From contig CAYZRF010000010.1 in NCBI GenBank assembly GCA_964480775.1, positions 32,945 through 64,944 of the forward strand: a stretch of DNA of 32,000 nt. Direction: 5' to 3'. Made by a program: the position numbers and the translations under genes. Under the pieces are notes generated by a model, which worked only from the letters and a program-made list of their open reading frames with translations, did no database searches and had not been told where the DNA came from. Of this stretch, positions 1 through 8,264 are shown one piece after another. Numbering within the stretch: the first letter of the stretch is position 1; each line of letters begins with the position of its first letter. This DNA is from an uncultured Nitrososphaerota archaeon (GTDB lineage: Archaea > Korarchaeota > Korarchaeia > Korarchaeales > Korarchaeaceae).

Positions 1-534
1 GAAAGCGAATACTTCAGCGCAAACATGGTTATAAGGACTGGTACTGCTCTTAGTAACGATGTGGGTTTAACGTATACCGAGATGGCAGAACTCTTGCCTG
101 AGATAATAGATTATTCAAGAGAGAGGGGCATAAAATTCGTCTGGTATTCTCCTATTCCCTACTGCATATTCAATCCAGTAGCACATGGGCTTGGATCCAA
201 ATCTTGTGCTGCTTGCCATGGTCTCCTCTCTATTTCTCCAGAAGGGGAAGTTTTGCCATGCAGTTCATTCTCTAAAGGGGTTGGAAACTTGTTAGAGCAA
301 AAATTTGAAGAAATTTGGTTTAGCAGGGTTGCAAAGTATTGGAGGGAAAAGAAGTTTGTTCCTCCTCCCTGTAAGGGATGCGAGCTTGTCGAAATTTGCT
401 CGGGTGCTTGTCCTTTGTATTGGGATTCTGCTGGAAGTTTTGAGGAGATAAGCGGGAAGAACTCACATTTCCGCTACTTAGTTTGGAAGATGGAAAGAAG
501 GTTATTTGGAAAGGTGTTTGGAGTTGGCAAGTAG
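1..534 (+). CDS. Radical SAM enzyme, C-terminal SPASM domain (5' end lies outside the window)
   Basis: The frame is open from base 1 (ESEYFSAN precedes the Met listed at 25). It carries the SPASM signature C-x9-G-x4-C (CHGLLSISPEGEVLPC, 214-261), then C-x2-C-x5-C-x3-C (CKGCELVEICSGAC, 370-411). The CxxxCxxC radical SAM core would be upstream of the window. Confidence 0.8.
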   Translation, partial: ESEYFSANMVIRTGTALSNDVGLTYTEMAELLPEIIDYSRERGIKFVWYSPIPYCIFNPVAHGLGSKSCAACHGLLSISPEGEVLPCSSFSKGVGNLLEQKFEEIWFSRVAKYWREKKFVPPPCKGCELVEICSGACPLYWDSAGSFEEISGKNSHFRYLVWKMERRLFGKVFGVGK

Positions 535-1723
535 AGGGCTCTTAGTAATCTCTATAAGCGCGCTTGACAGCAAGCTTGCTGGTTTGTCTTTGAAGATTAG
601 GGAATGTGCTAGAAGACTAGTATCTCTGGAAAATAATGCAAAGAAAAAGTACGACCTTCTACTTAAGTACTTGGATCAGCTAGAGGAGAAATGGGTTTCA
701 AGACTTACTAACAAAATGGAGAAGGGGTGTGGTAGGCTGTGCGACGACATAAATTACAGGATTGAGATGGAGAAAAGAGCAATAGAAGATAGGATGAAGG
801 GAATCAAAGAGGAGTTAGCAAAGTTAGACAAAGAAGTTGGAGTAATACATAAGAAGCTAAGAAGAGAAGCTGAGAAGATGAAGAAAGCCAACCCTAGGCT
901 GAATGAAAAGGAGGAAAGACTTAAGGCAAAGAGAAGAAGACTTTCAAGGAAGAGGGGGGACCTTCTCGTTAGGAAAGCCAGGCTATCAAGGGGAATCATC
1001 AGAAGGATAATCAACAGGAGACTAATCAGACGTTTAGATTGGGAAATAAAGGAGCTTGACAAAGAAATAGAGGATGTGGATTTAAAGATTTACAAAGTAA
1101 GGATGAAATGGCAGGACTTGAAGAAGAGATGGGAACAGGAGAAAAAAGAGGCTGAAAAGGCTCTGGCAGAAGTTTTCGTTAGGATGGCCGAACTTAAACA
1201 AGAGCTCATTTTCTACCGGGATAATCTGGATAGATTGGCTCTAGAAGGGGGCATAAAGAGATTTATCTGGGATTTGACCGATGGAAATGCCGATCCTGAT
1301 GCTTATGATGATCCCTTGATTTCAGAGTGCTATCTTGAATTTAATAAAGCTGCAGAGGAAAAGAGAAAGTTAGAAGAAGTGATAAAGGACCTCGCCTTTT
1401 CGAAGAAAATCCTCATTGGTTTTGACAGAGGGATAAAGAGGTTTAGAAAGCCTCTTGGTGCATTAAGGGACGAAGAAAGTAGGTTCTCACAACTACCAAA
1501 GCTCAAGATCAAGTATCCCAAGGTACTTGATTCGATGTCCGCTGCTTTGGATAGGCTTTTGATTGCTATCGAAGAAGCAGAAAGAGACCCAGAACTCACT
1601 GCCAGGGCTATTAAGCCGTTATTTGAGGGCAAAGCACCGTTTAGCAGCGATCAATTGAAGAGCTTCTTTGATGAGATAGGAGACAAAGTAAGGCTTGCAG
1701 TTGACAAACAGTGGGGGAGATGA
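506..1723 (+). CDS. Highly charged coiled-coil protein of unknown function
   Basis: Long ORF with a K/E/R-rich, heptad-like sequence (EKRAIEDRMKGIKEELAKLDKE..., RRIINRRLIRRL). I recognise no family motif. The start is uncertain: the first in-frame start is TTG 506, overlapping the SPASM gene stop at 532-534, and other in-frame TTGs lie at 518, 524, 584 and 590. The gene ends 6 nt before the next gene. Confidence 0.6.
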   Translation: MERCLELASRGLLVISISALDSKLAGLSLKIRECARRLVSLENNAKKKYDLLLKYLDQLEEKWVSRLTNKMEKGCGRLCDDINYRIEMEKRAIEDRMKGIKEELAKLDKEVGVIHKKLRREAEKMKKANPRLNEKEERLKAKRRRLSRKRGDLLVRKARLSRGIIRRIINRRLIRRLDWEIKELDKEIEDVDLKIYKVRMKWQDLKKRWEQEKKEAEKALAEVFVRMAELKQELIFYRDNLDRLALEGGIKRFIWDLTDGNADPDAYDDPLISECYLEFNKAAEEKRKLEEVIKDLAFSKKILIGFDRGIKRFRKPLGALRDEESRFSQLPKLKIKYPKVLDSMSAALDRLLIAIEEAERDPELTARAIKPLFEGKAPFSSDQLKSFFDEIGDKVRLAVDKQWGR

Positions 1724-1729
1724 TGTGAT

Positions 1730-3505
1730 GTGAAAAGGGTCTTTTCAGCTGCTCTGGCTTTTGTATTTCTATCTTTAGTGGTTATCTCTGGAGTTGTTTA
1801 TCAGGTATCTTGCCAAGAAGTTACGATTGAGAAGATCATGGTTTGGGTTGTCTTGAAGTCTGACGGCACAATGGAGGTCGAATACAATCTTACTTTCCTA
1901 GAACATAGTTCTCGGGATAGAATAAGGAAGTTAGGCCCTTTTGAAGAAGGCCACAGCATAAAGAGCGCTTTCATAGTTCACGATTCAGATGTTCGTGCAG
2001 TAGAACTCTCTGAGATTGAAGATGGGCTCTACTCCGTGTTATTTGGTTATAAAACTACGTCTGGAGAGCAGTACACTGTGAGCATTAAGTACAGCATAGA
2101 TAGGCCGGTAGTAACAGAGCAAGAGATGTTCGGGGAGCCATACTCTATATTCGCCTGGGCTCCTTTCCAATGGAGTTTACCTGTGAATAACGAGACTGTC
2201 ATGATAGTGATGCCAGTTGAACTTCCTTCAGATGTAACTAAGCCTGAGCAAATAACTCAAGAGCTTATAGACTCCTTAGGAATAGGCTATGGAGATCTCA
2301 CTGATTACAGGTGGTCATTCTATCCGACTGTTGATGAGACCACTGGTAAGAGCTGGCTTTCCATCTACTTATCTAAAACCAGCTTGGAGCCATACTATCA
2401 CTTTGTGATTGAACTCTACATTCCAAGCAAGTACTTCACTTTAGGTCCCTCTCCAACATTTCCGCCCCCAGTATCCCCGACAGTAACGCCTCCTGGTTTG
2501 ATTGCCTCGTACGGCTGGGTAATAATAGCAATATCGGCTCTCATAATGTTTGGATCCTTTCTTGCGTATGTAAGAGGAAGAGAAAGGAGAAGAAGGGTTC
2601 CAAGATATGAAGCACCAGAGATAGAGATAGAAACCTTCGAAGTTCCCGAGAAAGTTGCAGATCTTGACCCTGCAGAGGCAGCCATGCTCGTATCGTCTGC
2701 TGATAAAGTCATAGCTCTTATAGCTCTTAGCTTGATGGAAAGGGGCATCATACAGATGACTTCGGTTAAACCACCAAAATATTCGATTAATGACCGAGAA
2801 TTGGAGAAGAGAAGAAAAGAGCTGAAGAAATACGAGTTAAAGTTCATAGAAGCCATTAGAGATGATGGTTCAATTGATGAAGAGGAACTCAGATTGATTT
2901 TGAAGGAGGTTGCATACAGCCTTAACGAAAAGGCGTGGGATGCAGATATAGAGAAAACTAGAGAGAGATACAAGGAACTAGTTGAAGAAAAATGGAAAGA
3001 GCTTGAGGATCGACCTAGGGCTCAAGAAAAAGTTGATTACTGGAATGATAACTGGCCTTGGCTTATAATTCACACAAATTCGCATAGAAGAGCTAGAGAC
3101 GTTTTCGTACCAACAACCCCAGGAGAAAAAGTTAGAATAAAACCAAAGCCCGACAGGAGACCTTTTCCAGTAGTGACCCCCGTTGAGAGAGGTGCGAGAA
3201 CAATCGTGGTCGGGATAGAAGACTTCGCCAATAGGGTAGTTAGCACAATAGAATCCATAAGCAAGAACGTTGTTGAGGGTCTAGAGAAGGTCGCTGAAAA
3301 AACGGTCGAATCGGTTGAAAAGGCTGGAGTAAAAGAAGCTTGTTACTCGGCATGTGTAGAACATGATGCTTGTCATTCCGCATGTGTTCACGATGCTTGC
3401 CACAGTGCGTGCGTTCACGACGCTTGTCATTCGGCTTGCCACAGTGCCTGTCACTCTGCGTGTCATTCAGCTTGTCACTCTGCCTGTGTGTCAGGCTTTG
3501 AGTGA
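1730..3505 (+). CDS. DUF2207-like single-pass membrane protein with a cytoplasmic C-terminal Cys/His repeat tail
   Basis: GTG start. It has a signal-like N-terminus (MKRVFSAALAFVFLSLVVISG). The ectodomain begins with a pattern typical of DUF2207 N-domains (VTIEKIMVWVVLKSDGTMEVEYNLTF). A P/T linker (PSPTFPPPVSPTVTPPG) leads to a TM helix at about 2498-2572, followed by RGRERRRRVPR (positive-inside). The cytoplasmic segment DLDPAEAAMLVSSADKVIALIALSLMERGIIQM resembles the DUF2207 C-terminal module. The last ~55 aa are a Cys/His repeat. Confidence 0.8.
   Translation: MKRVFSAALAFVFLSLVVISGVVYQVSCQEVTIEKIMVWVVLKSDGTMEVEYNLTFLEHSSRDRIRKLGPFEEGHSIKSAFIVHDSDVRAVELSEIEDGLYSVLFGYKTTSGEQYTVSIKYSIDRPVVTEQEMFGEPYSIFAWAPFQWSLPVNNETVMIVMPVELPSDVTKPEQITQELIDSLGIGYGDLTDYRWSFYPTVDETTGKSWLSIYLSKTSLEPYYHFVIELYIPSKYFTLGPSPTFPPPVSPTVTPPGLIASYGWVIIAISALIMFGSFLAYVRGRERRRRVPRYEAPEIEIETFEVPEKVADLDPAEAAMLVSSADKVIALIALSLMERGIIQMTSVKPPKYSINDRELEKRRKELKKYELKFIEAIRDDGSIDEEELRLILKEVAYSLNEKAWDADIEKTRERYKELVEEKWKELEDRPRAQEKVDYWNDNWPWLIIHTNSHRRARDVFVPTTPGEKVRIKPKPDRRPFPVVTPVERGARTIVVGIEDFANRVVSTIESISKNVVEGLEKVAEKTVESVEKAGVKEACYSACVEHDACHSACVHDACHSACVHDACHSACHSACHSACHSACHSACVSGFE
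3338..3490 (+). repeat. In-frame 12-nt (ACHS) and 27-nt (ACHSACVHD) periodic coding repeat
   Basis: Translation: ACYSACVEHDACHSACVHDACHSACVHDACHSACHSACHSACHSACHSACVS, with 12 Cys (each preceded by Ala) and 10 His. The five consecutive ACHS units use different synonymous codons (Ser tcg/agt/tct/tca/tct, Ala gct/gct/gcc/gcg/gct). Confidence 0.9.
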
Positions 3506-3509
3506 TTTC

Positions 3510-3531
3510 ATAAAAGATCTAACAAAAAACC
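3510..3531 (-). terminator. T-tract terminator candidate after the ABC ATPase gene
   Basis: The minus strand reads GGTTTTTTGTTAGATCTTTTAT immediately after the stop at 3538. Archaeal termination typically uses oligo-T tracts. Confidence 0.4.
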
Positions 3532-3537
3532 TAAGAG

Positions 3538-4608
3538 TCACTCAAGCTTGAGGGCAATGGTTTCTCTTGGTGTGGCAGATACAATAATCTTTTGACCTAC
3601 CTTCACGGGTATGTCTGGATCGGTTTCTATTATGAAGTTCTCTCCTCCACCAGTAGCTTGAATCCTCTGAGCATCACCCAAGTAAGAAATGTGATAAATC
3701 TCACACTCGAAACTGTTTCCATCAGGGATTTCTCCGACAACGAAGTTTTCAGGCCTTATGAGCACCAAAACTTTATCACCAAGCTTGGGAGGATCCGCGG
3801 ATTCTGACGGCCTAGCTTTCACCTTCTTATTGTAACCGCTGATCTCAACGATGAGAAATTTGTTCTCCTCGTCGACGACCTCTCCTTTGAAGAAAGTGCC
3901 TTGACCTATGAATCTTGCAACGAACTCATTCTTTGGATTCTCGTAAATATCTCTTGGAGTGCCTATCTGCATTATCCTTCCTTTGTTCATGATGGCTATT
4001 CTATCTGATATGCTCATAGCCTCCTCCTGATCATGAGTTACGTAAACGGTAGTTACACCCAGGTCTCTTTGAAGCTTCTTGAGTTCTGCTCTCATTTCAA
4101 GTCTTAATTTTGCATCAAGGTTACTCAACGGCTCATCAAACAACAAAACCTTTGGGTTTATCACTATGGCCCTAGCCAGCGCTACTCTTTGCTGCTGGCC
4201 TCCTGAAAGCTGGTGGGGCGTTCTATTCTCAAGCCCCTCTAGTTTTACAAGTTTTAGCACTTCTCTTACCTTCTTTAGGATTTCGTCCTTCTTGTATCCC
4301 TTTATTTTCAGACCATAGGCTATGTTATCGAACACATTCATGTGAGGCCAAAGAGCGTAGTTCTGAAACACCATGCCCGTGTCCCTCTTATGCGGGGGTA
4401 CTTCCGTAACGTCCTCGTCGTCAAAATATATTCTACCTTCGTCAGGCAGTTCAAGTCCAGCAATACACCTTAGAAAAGTTGTCTTCCCGCATCCCGACGG
4501 ACCAAGCAATGTAAAGAATTCCCCGTCCTTTATCTCTAGGGTTGCGTTGTCTACAGCGACTACGTTGCCAAATCTCTTGGTAAGTTTCTCTGTTCTAATT
4601 TTTACCAA
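3538..4608 (-). CDS. ABC transporter ATP-binding protein (FbpC/PotA/MalK-like, with a C-terminal TOBE-type domain)
   Basis: Walker A GPSGCGKTT, signature LSGGQQQR, Walker B LLFDEPLS and H-loop VTHD are present, plus a ~120 aa C-terminal beta-rich extension. TTG start preceded by GGAGGG. Confidence 0.9.
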   Translation of the reverse strand: MVKIRTEKLTKRFGNVVAVDNATLEIKDGEFFTLLGPSGCGKTTFLRCIAGLELPDEGRIYFDDEDVTEVPPHKRDTGMVFQNYALWPHMNVFDNIAYGLKIKGYKKDEILKKVREVLKLVKLEGLENRTPHQLSGGQQQRVALARAIVINPKVLLFDEPLSNLDAKLRLEMRAELKKLQRDLGVTTVYVTHDQEEAMSISDRIAIMNKGRIMQIGTPRDIYENPKNEFVARFIGQGTFFKGEVVDEENKFLIVEISGYNKKVKARPSESADPPKLGDKVLVLIRPENFVVGEIPDGNSFECEIYHISYLGDAQRIQATGGGENFIIETDPDIPVKVGQKIIVSATPRETIALKLE

Positions 4609-4718
4609 TTTTTTCCCTCCCTTTATTCGCTCAGGTATAATGAGGAATAGGTAATGAAAATAAGTTTGATCTTCTTGAATTCTTGTAGTTTTGAAAACTC
4701 ACTTTCTTCTTTCATTTC

Positions 4719-6623
4719 TTAAACACCAAGTAACGGAGTAGCTCTTCTCCTTAGTAGCAAGTTAGCTGTAACTATAAAGACGAACTGAAGGCCCATTAAC
4801 ATGAAGCCCATTGCTGCTGGCCTAAACAAACCCCCTGCTAAACCATGAAACAGCATGTCGTACATTTTCCAGGTCATCGGAGCATCTTGGTGATTAGCGT
4901 CGCCAACAACAATTCCTGTACTTACCTCTGACATCGAATAGATGAAGGATAGCATTCCTCCAGCTAAGACATTTAGAAGAATTAACGGAAGAATTATCGT
5001 GAAGAATGTCTTCGTTTTGCTCGCACCGACGGTCCAAGCCACCTCATCAAGGGTCTTATCCGTTTGTTCAAGCCCTGAGAAAACCGATCTAACGGTAAAT
5101 GGTATCTTTCTAACGGTATAAGATGCTATTAACAGAGGTGCCCCGCTTATCGTAGGGCTCAAAGGTGTTCCTAGGTAAGTTAGAAAGAGACCTGTAGCGA
5201 CAGCTATTCCAGGAACAGCAATTGGCAAAGTGGCTAATAGGTCGAGAACCTCCATGCCCGGCACATCTCTCTTCCTAGATACCAGATAAGCTGCGCTTAC
5301 TCCTAATAGGACCATGAAAAGCGTAGCAATGCCTGAATAAACCAAGCTGTTCATAATACTTCTGGTCGTGTCTGGATCTGAAAGTATGGCCTTGAAATTG
5401 TTCAGAGTGAAGTCAGAGGGTAAGATCGTTGTTCCCCATCTTTCGGCAAAGGCGAGCAAAGTTACCCCTAAATGCGGAAGCGTGGCGAAGAACAAAGTCC
5501 CTAGAATAAAGATGTACACCAACACAGTGGTTTTCCAAGAAAGCTTTCTTCTTCTTGGCCTCCAGATACCTCCTTTCCCAAGCATGGCGTAGCGCTTTAG
5601 ACTTACGTACTTTCTAACAGCTATGAAAACGGTTGCGGACATTAAGAGGAGGATCATTGCAAGCGTCGTGGCTTCTTGAGAGATCAGACCAGCGGGTGTG
5701 AAAATCCTGTTGAATATCTGAAATGTAAGAACTTTTTCTGCAGTAGTTCCTTTGAACACAATAGGTGTCCCTAGATCTTCTAGGGAAAGAATAAACACGA
5801 GTAGTGCGCCTGCCTCAACCCCTGGCGTTGCTAAGGGGAAAGTAATTGTTCTAAACAGCTTAAAGCCAGAAGCCCCCACATTCATTGCCTGCTCCTCTAG
5901 GGAGGGATCTATGCTTATCAGTGCAGTATAAGAATTCAACATAACAATGGGATAAAATAACAGGGTTTGAACAAAAATTATGGCTGGAAGACCAGTTATC
6001 TCAACCTTAAATGGGATTATCCCAAGTATATCATGGAAGAGAACGTTCAACACTCCGTCGGCCACAATCATCTTCTTCAAGCCTATAGCTCCCACAAACG
6101 GCGTTGAAAGAAGAGGTATCAGTGAGATTATCCTGAGAGCCTCAGAACCTGGGAATTTATACTTAGCGAACATAAAAGCCAGCACAAAGCCGAGTATCGT
6201 TGTAAATAGGGTTGTCATTGTGGCTACAATCACTGAGTTGAGAATTACGCCAAAATCCCATCCTCTAATGAGTAATATTTTAGTAACTTTTCCTGTTGGA
6301 TCTGAATAGCTTATTACATCAAATAACTTTCCTCTGATTCCCTCTAAAGTCAGAAAAGGGAAATCTGAGGTTATATGAAGTCTTAGCGGAAAATAGTATT
6401 GATCGCTTAATATGGATTTAATCCAATGCAGTGAAAGTCCTCCTCCCGCATAAAATGATCTAGCTATCACCATGAAAAGTGGAAACAAGAGAAACGCAGT
6501 AAATGAGATAAGCACTAGGAGGAGTTGCGACCACGAAAATGGATCCATTTCCCACCGTATCTTCCGAAAGACTCTCTTCAACTGTGTTGAGAAGGAATCT
6601 CTAGGACGGAGCACCTCTAGCAC
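4719..6623 (-). CDS. ABC transporter permease, fused two-module type (FbpB/ThiP-like)
   Basis: 634 aa with about 12 hydrophobic helices in two tandem permease modules. This architecture is typical of Fe3+/thiamine-family importers. GTG start; an internal Met at residue 25 is an alternative start. Confidence 0.85.
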   Translation of the reverse strand: MLEVLRPRDSFSTQLKRVFRKIRWEMDPFSWSQLLLVLISFTAFLLFPLFMVIARSFYAGGGLSLHWIKSILSDQYYFPLRLHITSDFPFLTLEGIRGKLFDVISYSDPTGKVTKILLIRGWDFGVILNSVIVATMTTLFTTILGFVLAFMFAKYKFPGSEALRIISLIPLLSTPFVGAIGLKKMIVADGVLNVLFHDILGIIPFKVEITGLPAIIFVQTLLFYPIVMLNSYTALISIDPSLEEQAMNVGASGFKLFRTITFPLATPGVEAGALLVFILSLEDLGTPIVFKGTTAEKVLTFQIFNRIFTPAGLISQEATTLAMILLLMSATVFIAVRKYVSLKRYAMLGKGGIWRPRRRKLSWKTTVLVYIFILGTLFFATLPHLGVTLLAFAERWGTTILPSDFTLNNFKAILSDPDTTRSIMNSLVYSGIATLFMVLLGVSAAYLVSRKRDVPGMEVLDLLATLPIAVPGIAVATGLFLTYLGTPLSPTISGAPLLIASYTVRKIPFTVRSVFSGLEQTDKTLDEVAWTVGASKTKTFFTIILPLILLNVLAGGMLSFIYSMSEVSTGIVVGDANHQDAPMTWKMYDMLFHGLAGGLFRPAAMGFMLMGLQFVFIVTANLLLRRRATPLLGV

Positions 6624-6645
6624 CGAAATGAAGTGTATACCCTTT

Positions 6646-6655
6646 CATATAAATT
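6646..6655 (-). promoter_or_regulatory. TATA-like box (AATTTATATG on the minus strand) upstream of the permease gene
   Basis: It is centred about 27 nt upstream of the GTG at 6623, consistent with a leaderless internal transcript. Confidence 0.35.
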
Positions 6656-6757
6656 AGTTTAGAAGAAACAGGTTAAAGAAGTTACAAGAGTTCTCTTATA
6701 CTGTTACTACGTTGAGAGAAATCATAGCCTTGGTAAAAAGAGGGAGGAGGGTAGTTG

Positions 6758-8170
6758 TTACGGATCAGGGATCTGGTTGAAAAGCTCCTCATATCTTTGA
6801 ACAGCTGCTTCTCTCCACAAAGATTGCATCTTTGATGCGAAGGCTGGGTTTTTCTTCAGTTCCTCGTTTATCTGAATCGCGTATTCTAGCGTGAATGTGT
6901 ACGAATTGCCATCTTCGGTCCAAGTTAGCGGCTTTCCAAGTTCGTATTTGTATTGATCAAATTCCTGTTGAGTTATCTTGTTTGCCTCTAAAGCATCTAT
7001 AAGCTTTTTCCATGTTCTAACCAGTTCCTCATGAGTATCGCAAAGTACTGCATCAAGATAGTATGCTATTGAGAAGTAAACTGCACCAGCGAGACTTTCG
7101 TTGAATTGTATGGCTTGCAGAGCAACTGTCTGGTTGTATCTAGTGTATAAGTCAACTCTTTCCCTTCCCTTTGGAGTCTTAAATGCGTCTTCCCTAACTG
7201 GCATCCTGTTTATTCGCTCATCCAGCCAAAGCACCGCCTGACCTTCGGCTGATAGAACCCACCTTATGAATGCCTGGGCCGCATCAGGATGCTCAGAAGT
7301 GGTGAGAAGGGCTATGGGGTCTCCATTCACTATTGTGCCTGGAGGCATCACGTAGATGAAATCAGGGGATTGAAGCTGAAGCTCAAATCCATAAAAGTCT
7401 ATCATAATTCCGATTGGCACTTCACCTGTCTGAACTGCCCATTGGGCCTCAACAGACCCGCCGTATGGTCTTCCATTTGCAGCTAGGCCTGTTATTAACA
7501 CCCACCCTTGTTCCCAACCTTCTTTTTGAAGGATGATTTGATATATTCTGCTATGAGAAGTTGATGTGGTAGACCTGGCATATGATAAAGCGGGGAGTGG
7601 GAGCATTTTACCATATTCTGGTCTAGATAAATCTTCCCATGTTTGAGGTTCAGGAAGACCTCGCTCATTGAGCATCTTCTTGTTGTATGTAAATCCAAAC
7701 GAAGATATTGCTGCTGCAACCCACATCAATTCTCCATCTTTGTACCGCTTCATCTCCGCTCCAGATATGTCGTCAGGGATGTTATTTATTTCTGCTAGTA
7801 GTTCTGGATCTTTTAGGGGAGCAACCAGTCCCTTGTCTACAAGGTCGTTAAATACGGTTGGACCGCCTCCCCATGCTACGTCCGGTTTTTCCTTTTGAAT
7901 CACGTCTGGCCAAAGCGCAAAATTAGGGCTATAGAAGCGTAAGTCAACGATGTTGTATTGTTTCGCTAAATCCGAGCTAAGGAAGCTCTCTTTAGTGATC
8001 TTCCATATCGTGCTAGCATGTCTTGTCACGATCTTAAGCACAATGCCCTCTGTAGGCGCTTCAGTTGGTGAAGGAGTTGGTTGAGGACCTCCTCTACCCA
8101 TCAAAAAGAATGCAAGGCCCACAACAACTACTAGGATTAGTATTATCCCTCCAACGATTTTTTTGTCCAA
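6758..8170 (-). CDS. ABC transporter substrate-binding protein (family 1, Fe3+/thiamine/phosphonate/sugar-phosphate cluster), membrane-anchored at the N-terminus
   Basis: N-terminal TM anchor (IVGGIILILVVVVGLAFFL) followed by a P/T linker (PQPTPSPTEAPTEG). Family-like segments include DVAWGGGPTVFNDLVDKGLVAPL and FGFTYNKKMLNERGLPEPQTWEDLSRPEYGK. TTG start with GGTGA upstream. Confidence 0.8.
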   Translation of the reverse strand: MDKKIVGGIILILVVVVGLAFFLMGRGGPQPTPSPTEAPTEGIVLKIVTRHASTIWKITKESFLSSDLAKQYNIVDLRFYSPNFALWPDVIQKEKPDVAWGGGPTVFNDLVDKGLVAPLKDPELLAEINNIPDDISGAEMKRYKDGELMWVAAAISSFGFTYNKKMLNERGLPEPQTWEDLSRPEYGKMLPLPALSYARSTTSTSHSRIYQIILQKEGWEQGWVLITGLAANGRPYGGSVEAQWAVQTGEVPIGIMIDFYGFELQLQSPDFIYVMPPGTIVNGDPIALLTTSEHPDAAQAFIRWVLSAEGQAVLWLDERINRMPVREDAFKTPKGRERVDLYTRYNQTVALQAIQFNESLAGAVYFSIAYYLDAVLCDTHEELVRTWKKLIDALEANKITQQEFDQYKYELGKPLTWTEDGNSYTFTLEYAIQINEELKKNPAFASKMQSLWREAAVQRYEELFNQIPDP

Positions 8171-8221
8171 ATATCACTCACCTATTTTCAACTACCTCAA
8201 CAAGACGTGTAATCAGGAGCT

Positions 8222-8252
8222 CTTAAAAAGATTTTGAATAAAAAAGAAAAGA
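8222..8252 (-). terminator. Strong T-tract terminator candidate after the 347-aa ectoprotein gene
   Basis: The minus strand reads CTCTTTTCTTTTTTATTCAAAATCTTTTTAAG directly after the stop at 8265. Confidence 0.45.
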
Positions 8253-8264
8253 GAGGAAGGGATA

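Noticed and set aside
754-1632. Minus-strand ORFs 754-1062 and 1330-1632 inside the coiled-coil gene
   Set aside because: Their translations are low-complexity S/L/F-rich strings. This is the typical antisense shadow of a K/E-rich (AAG/GAA) coding sequence. They have no motifs and lie entirely within a better ORF.
2416-2973. 185-aa minus-strand ORF inside the DUF2207-like gene
   Set aside because: It is an S/L-rich antisense shadow of the charged cytoplasmic segment, and the plus-strand frame has clear domain features.
3338-3490. Possibility that the periodic region is a CRISPR array or non-coding minisatellite
   Set aside because: The period is 12/27 nt with no spacers. It is in frame within a long ORF, and the units differ mainly at synonymous positions.
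3281-3551. ORFs 3281-3466 (-) and 3363-3551 (+) over the Cys/His repeat
   Set aside because: These are alternative-frame readings of the 12-nt periodic repeat. The frame encoding ACHS is continuous with a 591-aa protein, whereas these ORFs are short and repeat-derived.
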